From positions 6,330-70,329 of the forward strand of contig CAZIDQ010000001.1 in the NCBI GenBank assembly GCA_964538015.1: DNA of 64,000 nt. The letters run 5' to 3'. Each line of letters starts with the position of its first letter. The stretch's first letter is position 1. This DNA is from an uncultured Marinosulfonomonas sp. (GTDB lineage: Bacteria; Pseudomonadota; Alphaproteobacteria; Rhodobacterales; Rhodobacteraceae). This document shows, one piece after another, positions 31,419 through 40,617 of this stretch. The notes under the pieces are model-generated. The model saw nothing but the letters and a program-made list of their open reading frames with translations, was not told the DNA's origin and ran no database searches. The position numbers were made by a program, and so were the translations under genes.

Positions 31419-32558
31419 TTACCGCCGGAAGGGCCCAAAGGATGTCATCACTTCAATATCCTCTTCCACTGCCTCTCGCTCGTGCTCTAGAAATTGCGCC
31501 ACAGCCCCGCGAAACCCTTCGTCGGCAATCCAGTGCAGCGAATGGGTGGTGACCGGCAAATAACCACGGGCAAGTTTGTGTTCGCCTTGTGCGCCGGCCT
31601 CGATGCGCCCCAACCCCTGTTCAATCGCGAAATCAATTGCGCGGTAATAACAGAGTTCGAAATGCAAGGCGGGGTGATCTTCGACGCAGCCCCAATAGCG
31701 ACCGTACAGTGTATCCGCGCCGATGAAATTCAGCGCGCCAGCCACCCAGCGCCCGTTTCGTTCGGCCATCACCAACAGCATATCGTCGCGCAGGGTTTGA
31801 TGGGCAATGTCGAAAAACGCGCGTGTCAGATAGGGGGTGCCCCATTTGCGGGCACCGGTGTCCTGATAGAATTCCCAAAAAGCGGTCAGATGGTCGGATG
31901 TGATCTGACCCCCCGTTAGCATGTGGATGGAGCCGCCGAAATCCTGCGCCTGTCGCCTTTCGCGGCGGATGTTCTTGCGTTTGCGTGACGAGAGGCTGGA
32001 AAGGAAATTGTCAAAGCTGTTATAGCCGTCATTGACCCAGTGAAATTGCGATCCTGTCCGGTGCATTAGCCCCATCGCCTTGCCCGCTTCGGCCTCGACT
32101 TCGGTGCAAAAGGTGATGTGCAGTGATGACAGCCCGTTTTCGGCGGCCAGTTGCACCGCCCCCTGTATCAGTGCGGCCTTTCCCACCTCTGTAAACCCGT
32201 CGCGCACCAGCAAGCGGCGCCCCGTTACCGGCGTAAATGGCACCGCGATTTGCAGTTTCGGATAATACCGCCCGCCTGCCCGCATATAGGCGTCGGCCCA
32301 GCTGTGATCGAACACATATTCACCCTGACTGTGGGATTTCGCATAGCAAGGCGCGGCGGCGATCAAATCACCGTCCAGATAGGCGGTCAGGTGGCGCGGT
32401 TGCCAGCCGGTGCCCGCCCCCACCGATCCGCTGTCCTCCAGCGCCCGCAGAAACCTATAGGATGTGAACGGATCAGTCGTCCCCGCACAGGCATTCCAGT
32501 CCTTGGCGGGGATGTCGGCAAGGCTGTTCAGGATGCGGATTTCGATTTGTTCGGGCAT
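31419..32558 (-). CDS. FemAB-like GNAT family protein (DUF482-type)
   Basis: KSHSQGEYVFDHSWA, VPFTP, GRYWG, LHFELCYY and EAGAQGEHKLARG motifs. Confidence 0.88.
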   Translation of the reverse strand: MPEQIEIRILNSLADIPAKDWNACAGTTDPFTSYRFLRALEDSGSVGAGTGWQPRHLTAYLDGDLIAAAPCYAKSHSQGEYVFDHSWADAYMRAGGRYYPKLQIAVPFTPVTGRRLLVRDGFTEVGKAALIQGAVQLAAENGLSSLHITFCTEVEAEAGKAMGLMHRTGSQFHWVNDGYNSFDNFLSSLSSRKRKNIRRERRQAQDFGGSIHMLTGGQITSDHLTAFWEFYQDTGARKWGTPYLTRAFFDIAHQTLRDDMLLVMAERNGRWVAGALNFIGADTLYGRYWGCVEDHPALHFELCYYRAIDFAIEQGLGRIEAGAQGEHKLARGYLPVTTHSLHWIADEGFRGAVAQFLEHEREAVEEDIEVMTSFGPFRR

Positions 32559-32646
32559 GGGGTAACTGTGGCGCAACCACCCGCGGGGTCAAGGGGCTGG
32601 TTTTCCGGCGGCAGGTTTGCGATGTAAAGGGAAGGAGGCCGAGCCA

Positions 32647-33420
32647 ATGAAAATCACCCTGCTTTGCGAAAACGAAGTCTGCGATATGCACTGGCTGGCC
32701 GAATGGGGCTTTTCGGCGTTTATCGAATATCACGGGCAGAAGATTTTGTTCGATACAGGGTTCTCCGATGTTTACCGCCACAATGCAGCAAAGGCGGGGG
32801 TTGATTTGGACACGGCCGATTTCGTGGCGCTGTCGCATTTTCATAACGACCACACCGGTGGTCTGCGCCATCACGGATTTACGGGGCGCAAGAAAATCCT
32901 GATGCACCCGCGTGTGTTGGATGAACTGGCCCACCCGAAAAGCAAAAGCTTTGCCAAAGGGTATCGTGAAATTCACCGTATCCTGACGGATGATTTTGAC
33001 GTGGTTCTGGCCAAAGGGGCCACCGAATTTACCCCGGGCGCGTTTTTTCTGGGCAAAATCCCGCGCAGTAATGATTTTGAAGCAGGCGAATTTGACGGCG
33101 ACGCCATGCCCGACGACACCGCGCTGGCCTTTCGCACCGACAAGGGCGCGGTGGTGGTGACGGGCTGCTCGCACGCCGGCATCTGCAACATCTGCGACTA
33201 TGCCAAACAGGTCACAGGCCAACCCCTATACGCGGTGATCGGCGGTTTTCACTTGCTGGCCGAGGACAACCCGCCGCTGGACGAAACCATCGCGTATTTC
33301 AAAGTCGAAGCGCCGGAAATCCTGCTGCCAATGCACTGCGTCGACTTCCCCGCACTTGTGGCGTTTCATAATGAATTCGGGTCGCGTAAATACGCGGCAG
33401 GGGATGTGATCGAGCTTTAG
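32647..33420 (+). CDS. MBL-fold metallo-hydrolase
   Basis: AEWGFS, LFDTG, SHFHNDHTGG (HxHxDH), TGCSHAG, GGFHL and PMHC motifs. Confidence 0.88.
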   Translation: MKITLLCENEVCDMHWLAEWGFSAFIEYHGQKILFDTGFSDVYRHNAAKAGVDLDTADFVALSHFHNDHTGGLRHHGFTGRKKILMHPRVLDELAHPKSKSFAKGYREIHRILTDDFDVVLAKGATEFTPGAFFLGKIPRSNDFEAGEFDGDAMPDDTALAFRTDKGAVVVTGCSHAGICNICDYAKQVTGQPLYAVIGGFHLLAEDNPPLDETIAYFKVEAPEILLPMHCVDFPALVAFHNEFGSRKYAAGDVIEL

Positions 33421-33431
33421 GCAAAGTACAG

Positions 33432-33705
33432 TTAGCTGTCCCAGATCGCCCCGTATGCCGGAACCCCTTCGGTTTCCAGATCATGCACAACGCGGCGGGT
33501 CAGTTTCTGGTTGGAAATACAAATCACTGCTTCGGCGCCCACATCCCCGACCGCTTGCAGGGCCAGCGCGGACAGGTCCGGTTTGCCGTGGGTGTCGGTA
33601 TCCCAGATGATCGAGTCATCGCAGTGAGCAAGGATTTCATCGACCAATGCGTCGCCATAGGTCTTGCGCGGGCTGCGGGTGGCCCTGAAGACGCGCGCGC
33701 GTGTT
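33432..33705 (-). pseudogene. 3' remnant of a larger gene (C-terminal ferredoxin-reductase-like NAD-binding region)
   Basis: GC-rich coding-like stretch encoding TRSPRKTYG..WDT..GKPDL..AEAVICISNQKLT..GVPAYGAIWDS; its N-terminus is fused to AT-rich sequence at the end of the DegT gene. Confidence 0.55.
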
Positions 33706-33757
33706 TGCGGCAAAACTAAAAACCCAACAGAACGCCTTGAAACGGATTTATGTATGC

Positions 33758-34918
33758 TCATTCGTGTAATTTCAGGCTGTTTTTTAATTGACTTATAATG
33801 TAGGCGATTTCAACATCACCCAGGTGTTGGTTCACAGGTAATGAAAGGACATGATCCTTAAGATATCGTGCGTCAGCGCAGTTCGGGCCCCAGGTCAAAT
33901 GCCTATTATAACCACTCCACCAGGGGGTTGCGGCTATGTTTTTTTCGATTAGCGCATCGGCTATGCTGTCCCGGCATTTCAGAAGAACTGGCATGCTTAG
34001 CGGGCAGACATTGTCTGGTAAATTCGGGAAAAGCGGCTCCACGCCGTTTATTCCTGACAGTTGTCGTAAGTAGGTTAAGTAGTTTTCACGGCGTTTTCTA
34101 ATTGCGTTGTTGGGATCGAAAGAACGTATTGGGCGGGATGCAAAGATATCTATTCTTGCATCTTTGATATCTGGGTCAAAATAATAATGCGGCGGCATTT
34201 CCAGCACGGCATTGTCAGAGGGCGTGACCTGCGAAGATTTTGGCCTGCGCAATAAGCTTTTTAACGCAGAAAGGCCTCTTGGGCCTAATAACATCTCTAA
34301 ACCGTGGCGAATGCGTTTCCGGTTAACCTTGGACCTTGGAACGCGAGCGGTAAATTCCACCTCTCCATTTATATCCTTGTTGTTTATAACCATTGCCCCG
34401 CCACCCAGGACCGGAAAAAATTTGTAAAAACAAAAGACAGAAATGTCTCCCGCAAATCCTTCTGCAGGGGTTTGGCCGCTCAACAAGCTTAATGCGCAAT
34501 CTTCGATCAGAACCAACCCATGCCTATCACACAGCGCACGCAGCGCTTGTGTTTCGGGTTGAAGGAACCCGAAGTAATGCGTGAGATAAACGGCACGGGT
34601 GCGGGCAGATACAAGAGCCTCGATGCCGGCCAGATCTATCCTAGTGTCCTTATGAACCGGATAAAGAGTAATTGCTAATCCGGCATGCCGCAGCGGGTCA
34701 AGTTCGGAACCGCAATTATAGGCGGGGGCCAGAACCTCGTCACCGGGTTTCAGGCCCAGTAAATCGCAAGCTTTGCGAATAGCAACACGGGTGTTGAACG
34801 AATAGCTGATCTTGCGACCCCGAAAAAGGGATGGGATGCCCTGATTTCGATCGGTTCGAAACAGCGCCCCGAAAGTCATAGTCGGGTTTCCGCAATATGG
34901 TGGTGGGCTGAAATGCAT
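33758..34918 (-). CDS. DegT/DnrJ/EryC1/StrS PLP-dependent sugar aminotransferase
   Basis: GDEVLAPAYNC, THYFG, IEDCA, FCFYK (PLP lysine), GGG and LSLPVNQ motifs. Confidence 0.8.
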   Translation of the reverse strand: MHFSPPPYCGNPTMTFGALFRTDRNQGIPSLFRGRKISYSFNTRVAIRKACDLLGLKPGDEVLAPAYNCGSELDPLRHAGLAITLYPVHKDTRIDLAGIEALVSARTRAVYLTHYFGFLQPETQALRALCDRHGLVLIEDCALSLLSGQTPAEGFAGDISVFCFYKFFPVLGGGAMVINNKDINGEVEFTARVPRSKVNRKRIRHGLEMLLGPRGLSALKSLLRRPKSSQVTPSDNAVLEMPPHYYFDPDIKDARIDIFASRPIRSFDPNNAIRKRRENYLTYLRQLSGINGVEPLFPNLPDNVCPLSMPVLLKCRDSIADALIEKNIAATPWWSGYNRHLTWGPNCADARYLKDHVLSLPVNQHLGDVEIAYIISQLKNSLKLHE

Positions 34919-35003
34919 TTGTTAGGCCCTTATTGTCGCTGGCGAAATGCTATCCGGAAACAAATTGTTTTACCAACAGTGTTTCTTCGGCGGCTCATTG
35001 AAT

Positions 35004-35933
35004 TCAGGTTCCAGTTTTCCCCTTGCTGGAAAATAACCCATGCAGAAACAAATAGACACTAATTGCCCGCAATTTTATCGAATAGGGATTAATACGGCAT
35101 GCTTCTGATATAGCGGTTTTTGCAGAATCTAGATTCCCTAAACGACGGTGTGCGCCGGCTACCGAACGGAATTGTTGCGCAAGCAACTTAGGATGCTTGT
35201 TCCATAAATGCCTATTTTTTGTAATTATCTTTAGTCGCGCTGCGGCTCTGTTTGCATGAGAGCGTGTAATACTATTTTGTGAGAAATACTGTAACACGAG
35301 CGGTTCATCAACAAAGGCAATCAGTCCGTGTTCGACGAGTCGAAGATTGCAATCCCAGTCCACCAGTGCCGGTAGGCTTTCGTCAAAGCCGCCAATTTTA
35401 GTCAGAACGTCTTTTTGTATCAATAAAGTTTGTGTGCTGGCCGGGTTTGCCCTTAACAGTGTTGTTAGGATATTGCCTTCTACGGGGGTTAAATCGGCGC
35501 TTGGTATATAGCGCACAAGTGTTCGTTCCTGCTCTGATTGGGTGTATTCGCCCACGACCAACATACCGCAATAACAGGCAATGTAATCCTCGCTTTGGGC
35601 CGCAATTTCGTCCATTTGCTTTTGCAGCTTTTCCGGGAGCCACTCGTCATCACTGTCTTGAAACGCAATCCACTTCCCGCGGGCATTTTTAATCCCGTTG
35701 TTTCTGGCTGCACTGGCCCCCATATTTTGAGGGTTTGAAAGCATTCGGATGCGAGGGTCGGAAATTTCGGCAACGCGGGACATGGTTTCATCAGTAGACC
35801 CATCGTCTACAATGAGAAGTTCGAAGTCCTTGTAGGTTTGCCTTAAAACACTTTCGATGGCGCTAATAATAGTAGATGACCGGTTAAATGCTGGGATGAT
35901 AATGGAAACGGTGGGCGGGTTGGGTAAGGTCAT
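35004..35933 (-). CDS. Glycosyltransferase family 2
   Basis: VSIIIPAFNR, VDDGSTD, AARNNG, FQDSDDEW and GGFDE motifs; start at ATG 35933. Confidence 0.9.
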   Translation of the reverse strand: MTLPNPPTVSIIIPAFNRSSTIISAIESVLRQTYKDFELLIVDDGSTDETMSRVAEISDPRIRMLSNPQNMGASAARNNGIKNARGKWIAFQDSDDEWLPEKLQKQMDEIAAQSEDYIACYCGMLVVGEYTQSEQERTLVRYIPSADLTPVEGNILTTLLRANPASTQTLLIQKDVLTKIGGFDESLPALVDWDCNLRLVEHGLIAFVDEPLVLQYFSQNSITRSHANRAAARLKIITKNRHLWNKHPKLLAQQFRSVAGAHRRLGNLDSAKTAISEACRINPYSIKLRAISVYLFLHGLFSSKGKTGT

Positions 35934-36365
35934 TTTCAATTCAAATTTCGTGCTTGGATTAAGGTTACTTTTTGCATTCGTTGAAATTCCTGCAATGCTT
36001 AAACTAATAATGGTCAGCTTATTTTCTGGGCTTCTTTTTGGGCTAAAGCAAGGCTCCTTTTCTACAACTTCTCCATGTAGTTTGATTCGCATTGACTGCT
36101 GAATAGGGGTTAAACCTTCAAAGACCCATCATCCGTGTAACAACTAAAGTTCACGAAAATACACTGATTTCCTATCAATAGGTCCAATGGGTACAACCTA
36201 GGAGGTAGACGGCCAAAGCATGTGCACGCTGCGGGATTTAGGATAGTCGAAAAAACCGAATTTTCGACAAAATACTATAAATCACTTAGACATTGTGTTA
36301 AAAGCGAGGCAATAACCAAAATGGATTTTTAACTTTACGCATACAGCGATCACAGGATTGGAAAA

Positions 36366-37028
36366 ATGATGAAATCAATTAAGATGCTTTCCCTTGCTGC
36401 CGTCATCGGCATTTCGGGAACCTTTGCTGCACAGGCGGCAACTTTCGATTTTGAAACTCTGGCGCAAGGAAACGAAGGTACTTGGGATGCCAAGGTTGGT
36501 GCCCCAGGCCTTACTGTTGACGGTGTAACCGTTAAGGCAACAGCCGATGTTGCAGGCGGTGCCGAGGCTTGGGCTTATCTTGACTCGGGGACTGCTGGCC
36601 TTGGGGTTTGTTCAGTGGGAATTCTAAATGGTGCATGCGACCCGTCGAACGATGACAATGTTGGTGTTAGCGGTGATGGTGGCCCAATCGAGCACCTGTT
36701 CTTGGAGTTCTCAGAAAAGATGTCGCTATTCTCGCTTGTTCTGCGCGATGCGAACCATCTCTTGTTTAATGGTGGTGATGAAATTCTGATTACAAACCTT
36801 ACAACCGGGTTTTCCGACTTTTTTGCAGTCGGCGGAAGTGATTTGCTGGATTGGGGTTTTGGAACCGATTGGCAGTTTGAGGTAGCAACTGGCGATGGCC
36901 ATCCTAGTAAGGAATTCTATATTTCCTCGGTCACCGTTTCTCCTGTTCCTCTACCTGCCGGTGGTCTGATGCTGTTGGCCGCACTGGGTGGTTTGACCGC
37001 AGCGCGTCGGCGTCGCAAAGCTGCGTAA
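36366..37028 (+). CDS. VPLPA-CTERM sorting domain protein (exosortase D substrate)
   Basis: Signal peptide ending AQA; C-terminus VPLPAGGLMLLAALGGLTAARRRRKAA (motif + TM + basic cluster). Confidence 0.93.
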   Translation: MMKSIKMLSLAAVIGISGTFAAQAATFDFETLAQGNEGTWDAKVGAPGLTVDGVTVKATADVAGGAEAWAYLDSGTAGLGVCSVGILNGACDPSNDDNVGVSGDGGPIEHLFLEFSEKMSLFSLVLRDANHLLFNGGDEILITNLTTGFSDFFAVGGSDLLDWGFGTDWQFEVATGDGHPSKEFYISSVTVSPVPLPAGGLMLLAALGGLTAARRRRKAA

Positions 37029-37055
37029 CGCGCAGTCTTTACAGACAGAAATTTT

Positions 37056-37086
37056 AAAGGCCGGTGCAGCAAGCACCGGCCTTTTT
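37056..37086. terminator. Bidirectional intrinsic terminator
   Basis: aaaggccggtgc-agcaa-gcaccggccttt stem-loop with T-tail, between convergent genes. Confidence 0.85.
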
Positions 37087-37120
37087 CATGTCTCGAAGGC
37101 GGGTAATATGTGCCTTTGAA

Positions 37121-37990
37121 TTAGTATCCGTATTCATAGTACCCTTGCTTATCATCCAGGTATCGGCATTTGTTCAAAACCACGCCCAATACATTTGTGT
37201 GACGGGCGATATCCTGCTCGCAGACATCAATTTCCTTAATCGAAGTGCTTTCGGCGGCGCCAACCAACAACACACAGTCAACCTGATCCAAAAACGCGAC
37301 GGTATCGTCTCCGGCCAGCATTGGTGGCATGTCGAAAATCATCAATGTTGGTTGATACCGATCCTCAATCTCTGACAGAACCTCGCCTGTTTTCGGGTTC
37401 ATCAGCAATTCCGCAGGATTGGTCGCTGGGCGGTGGTTTGTTCCGATGGCAAGGTTGGTACCATAGCGGACCATGTGATCTTCGGGGGCTTCAATGCCGC
37501 CCAATACCCTTGAAAACAGTTGCGGTTTCTTTAATCCCAGCACTTTTGCCAACGAGGGGCGACGCATGTCCATTTCGATAAGGATACTGCGGACTTCGGG
37601 TTGACGGGCAAGACTAAACGCCAGATTCAGACTGCTCATGGTTTTTCCACAGGCGCTGCCAGGTGAAGTGATCGCCAAGCGTCGCCAGTTGTTGGCGCGC
37701 ATTTGCAGCAAAACCCGTGTGCGCAACACGTCAAAAGGAACCGCCTGTTGTCCACCTTCAAATGATACGATCCGGTTGCGGCGCATCAAGGCAGGCTTTG
37801 GTTGAAAACCGTCCAGTGCCAACCACGAGCTTTCGGTGCTTTCGGTTGGTTGGGGGTTGGTTAGTTTGAGCGGTTTGCGGTCGCGAGGCGTGCTCGGGGC
37901 CGCTTTTTCCGGTGCGCGGATATCTTTTTTGTCACCTTGGCGTTCACGTTCGGCGCGGGCCTTTTCAATTGCGAATTTAATTCGTTCCAT
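37121..37990 (-). CDS. CpsD/CapB-family tyrosine autokinase (cytoplasmic half of a split Wzc)
   Basis: TSPGSACGKT Walker A, EMDMRRPS, FDMPP and C-terminal tyrosine cluster GYYEYGY. Confidence 0.9.
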   Translation of the reverse strand: MERIKFAIEKARAERERQGDKKDIRAPEKAAPSTPRDRKPLKLTNPQPTESTESSWLALDGFQPKPALMRRNRIVSFEGGQQAVPFDVLRTRVLLQMRANNWRRLAITSPGSACGKTMSSLNLAFSLARQPEVRSILIEMDMRRPSLAKVLGLKKPQLFSRVLGGIEAPEDHMVRYGTNLAIGTNHRPATNPAELLMNPKTGEVLSEIEDRYQPTLMIFDMPPMLAGDDTVAFLDQVDCVLLVGAAESTSIKEIDVCEQDIARHTNVLGVVLNKCRYLDDKQGYYEYGY

Positions 37991-38012
37991 AATAAATGGT
38001 TCCCTGTATTGC

Positions 38013-39569
38013 CTAACCCTGCCGGAACTTGTCTATCACAGAAGACAGTCCAGTCCGGTCCAGCAGCCGTTCGATTAATAGATCCATCGGCAAGTAATAT
38101 GTGTGAAGCGCGTAAAGCAGGGCCGGTATGCCCAGAATCGCGATAAGAAATAAAGTCCCGATAATCAGGCGGCGGCGTAAAACCTGACGCCGTGTGCGGA
38201 TATAGGGAATGACAGCCAAAGGCGCGATTCCTAATTTGGTGGTCAGCTCGACGGGGCGGCGGATTGAACGATTCATCGTTTCCATCAGGAAGATCAGCCC
38301 AAGCCCCAAAGCGAGACCCGCAAAAACGCCACCCGCCGCAATTGCCGGTCGGTTCGGGCTGGCTGGCTCACGCGGGGTGGTCGCCTGTTCAAGCACCGTA
38401 ATGCGCTGCCCTTTTGACAGTGCTTCGATCCGGTCACCGGTTACCGCTTGTGCCAAACGGTCGGCGGCCTGTGCATATTGCATGCGGATGTTTTCGTAAT
38501 CCCGCTCAAGCACGTCTAGTGCAATTGCATTTGACGGCGTTGCTTCGAGCGATGTCTCGAGTTCTTCCAGCTCTGTTTTGATCGCGGCTTGTTGCTCGAT
38601 AAGATATTCGATCTGCCCGTCGATATCGGCCAGCTGTAGCTCATAGTTTGAAAGTCCTTGAGCCTCGGGATTCTCGGCCATGAGCTGAGTATTAACAACC
38701 GCTTCAAGCGCTGCGATTTCTACTTTGAGAGCCTTTACCTTGGGGTTTTCCGGTGCATAAAGCGCCAGCCCGGTTGCCAAACGAAGTTTCAATTGGCGTA
38801 GCATCTCTTGCTCTGGCGTCATTTCGGTTGCCGGGGTGGGGACGTCACCTGTACGCTCATACAAACTGACAAACCGATCTCGGCGATCATTCAAGCGGGC
38901 GATTGCCCGTTCGATTTGAAGCGAGCGTTCTTGTAATGCAGCTTGACGTGTACGGCGGTAATCCAGGCTATCGGGTAATTTACCCTCGTTGGACAGTTTG
39001 AAAGCCGTGATCTTGGCGCCTTGTCCCGCCAATTCGGCGGTCAATCGATTGACCTCTTGTTCGAAGAAATCGAGAGTTTGTCCAGCAACCGCGGTGCGAA
39101 GTTTTATGTTTTCAGCTAACATAAGGGTAACAAGCTCATTTGTTACTCTAGTTGAAAGCTTTGCCGTAGAGGCGTCAAACGAGACCCTAACAAAAATTGC
39201 AATATCGCGTGTTCCAGGCAATTTGATCGATGCACGCCGACGCATATCGCGGACTATATCGTCCGGGGTTAGTTCTTCGCGACCCTTATAAATATTAAGC
39301 CGCTTGGCAATTCCAAGCAGACTGGCTCTTGTCTTCAATCGCTGTTCAAGAATACGTAGTTGCTCGGGTGCGCCAACACGAACAGTAGATGAAGCCAGAT
39401 CGCCCGGAATCTGCGGTGACTCGACAAGCAACAATGCTTCTGCCCGGTAAACCGGTGGCAGAATATAGGCAACCATCGCGCCAGCTGCCGAAACGATAAT
39501 TGCAACAAACAAAAAGTAGTGCAGTCGCCTTAAAAACAGGGATAGATAAAATTTGTAGTCAAAATTCAT
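38013..39569 (-). CDS. Polysaccharide co-polymerase / chain-length determinant (GumC/Wzc N-terminal-like)
   Basis: N-terminal TM + PPVYRAEA, long coiled-coil, P..PASPNR + C-terminal TM helices. Confidence 0.88.
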   Translation of the reverse strand: MNFDYKFYLSLFLRRLHYFLFVAIIVSAAGAMVAYILPPVYRAEALLLVESPQIPGDLASSTVRVGAPEQLRILEQRLKTRASLLGIAKRLNIYKGREELTPDDIVRDMRRRASIKLPGTRDIAIFVRVSFDASTAKLSTRVTNELVTLMLAENIKLRTAVAGQTLDFFEQEVNRLTAELAGQGAKITAFKLSNEGKLPDSLDYRRTRQAALQERSLQIERAIARLNDRRDRFVSLYERTGDVPTPATEMTPEQEMLRQLKLRLATGLALYAPENPKVKALKVEIAALEAVVNTQLMAENPEAQGLSNYELQLADIDGQIEYLIEQQAAIKTELEELETSLEATPSNAIALDVLERDYENIRMQYAQAADRLAQAVTGDRIEALSKGQRITVLEQATTPREPASPNRPAIAAGGVFAGLALGLGLIFLMETMNRSIRRPVELTTKLGIAPLAVIPYIRTRRQVLRRRLIIGTLFLIAILGIPALLYALHTYYLPMDLLIERLLDRTGLSSVIDKFRQG

Positions 39570-39587
39570 TTACGATGCTTCCAAAAT

Positions 39588-40538
39588 CTAGTGCCTGATA
39601 AATTTCAATTCCGGTTCGGGTGGCTTCAGGTCGACCCTGCCAAAAAAAGCGCCTTCGTCCAGAACCTGTTCAATAGTCATCCGGTTTATTCGTTTGCTGC
39701 TGCTGCTATAGGCATAAACCATTGCCAAATCACAGAGTTGGTTAACCAGTCTGGGCACACCGCCTGTAGCCTTATACACCAATTCGGTGGCGGCCGGGCT
39801 GAATAAGTTCAGCTTCGCGCCGACAATCTTTAGCCGGTGTGCAACATAGTCGCGTACCGTTTTTTCATCCATTGGTTCCAGATGAAAGTTGGCTGCGACG
39901 CGTTGGGCGAATTGGCTCATTCCGTAACTTTGGATCAGATTCCTCAGCTCCGGTTGCCCAACCAAAACCAGTTGCAACAATTCGTCTTTGTTAGAGTTTA
40001 TATTGGTGAACATCCGCAGTTCTTCAAGTGACTCGCGGCTAAGATTCTGGGCCTCGTCGAAAATCAGGATGGTGCGTCGTCCACGCGCGTATTCACTGAT
40101 CAGGTAACTTTGGAACTGGCTAAAAAGATCGACATAGGTTGCATCGCGATCAGCCGGTTGATCAAGCGACAACAGAACCCAGCGCAGCAGTTCCCCCCGG
40201 TCGCCGTGGGCATTGGCAATCAAGCCGATCCGGACGTCATCTTCGACCGACGCAAGCAGATGGTGCAACAACGTTGTTTTGCCCGTGCCCACATCCCCGG
40301 TGATCACCGTAATCGGTGCATGGGTTACTATGCCGTATTCCAGCATCGCATAAGCACGCGAATGAATGCTGGACCAATACAGAAAATCCGGATCAGGCAC
40401 GAGCGAGAATGGACGCTCGGTCAGATCAAAATGGTCTGTATATATGTCGAGTGTGCTTTTCACGGGTTGCTCTAAACTTCTTAAAACTATTCCAATGAGG
40501 TAACTGGTGTTGTCATGATCTGCAACACCATCCGACAT
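39588..40538 (-). CDS. ExeA/PrsA-like AAA ATPase associated with EPS/exosortase loci
   Basis: PFSLVPDP, GDVGTGKT, IFDEAQNL, LVGQPEL and GGVPRLVNQLCD motifs. Confidence 0.88.
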   Translation of the reverse strand: MSDGVADHDNTSYLIGIVLRSLEQPVKSTLDIYTDHFDLTERPFSLVPDPDFLYWSSIHSRAYAMLEYGIVTHAPITVITGDVGTGKTTLLHHLLASVEDDVRIGLIANAHGDRGELLRWVLLSLDQPADRDATYVDLFSQFQSYLISEYARGRRTILIFDEAQNLSRESLEELRMFTNINSNKDELLQLVLVGQPELRNLIQSYGMSQFAQRVAANFHLEPMDEKTVRDYVAHRLKIVGAKLNLFSPAATELVYKATGGVPRLVNQLCDLAMVYAYSSSSKRINRMTIEQVLDEGAFFGRVDLKPPEPELKFIRH

Positions 40539-40617
40539 AGCGGATAAAAATAACCAGACCTTCAGATAATAGTTCTTACGAAACCCAACCTACAACAATT
40601 GCTGAATAGCCGAAGTC

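Noticed and set aside
32473-33222. 249-aa minus-strand ORF
   Set aside because: Overlaps the MBL hydrolase antisense and has no motifs.
29783-33420. Inducible beta-lactam resistance module (BlaI/BlaR1 plus MBL)
   Set aside because: The M56 protein has no penicillin-binding domain; the MBL protein has no signal peptide, resembles non-lactamase hydrolases and is separated by an unrelated gene.
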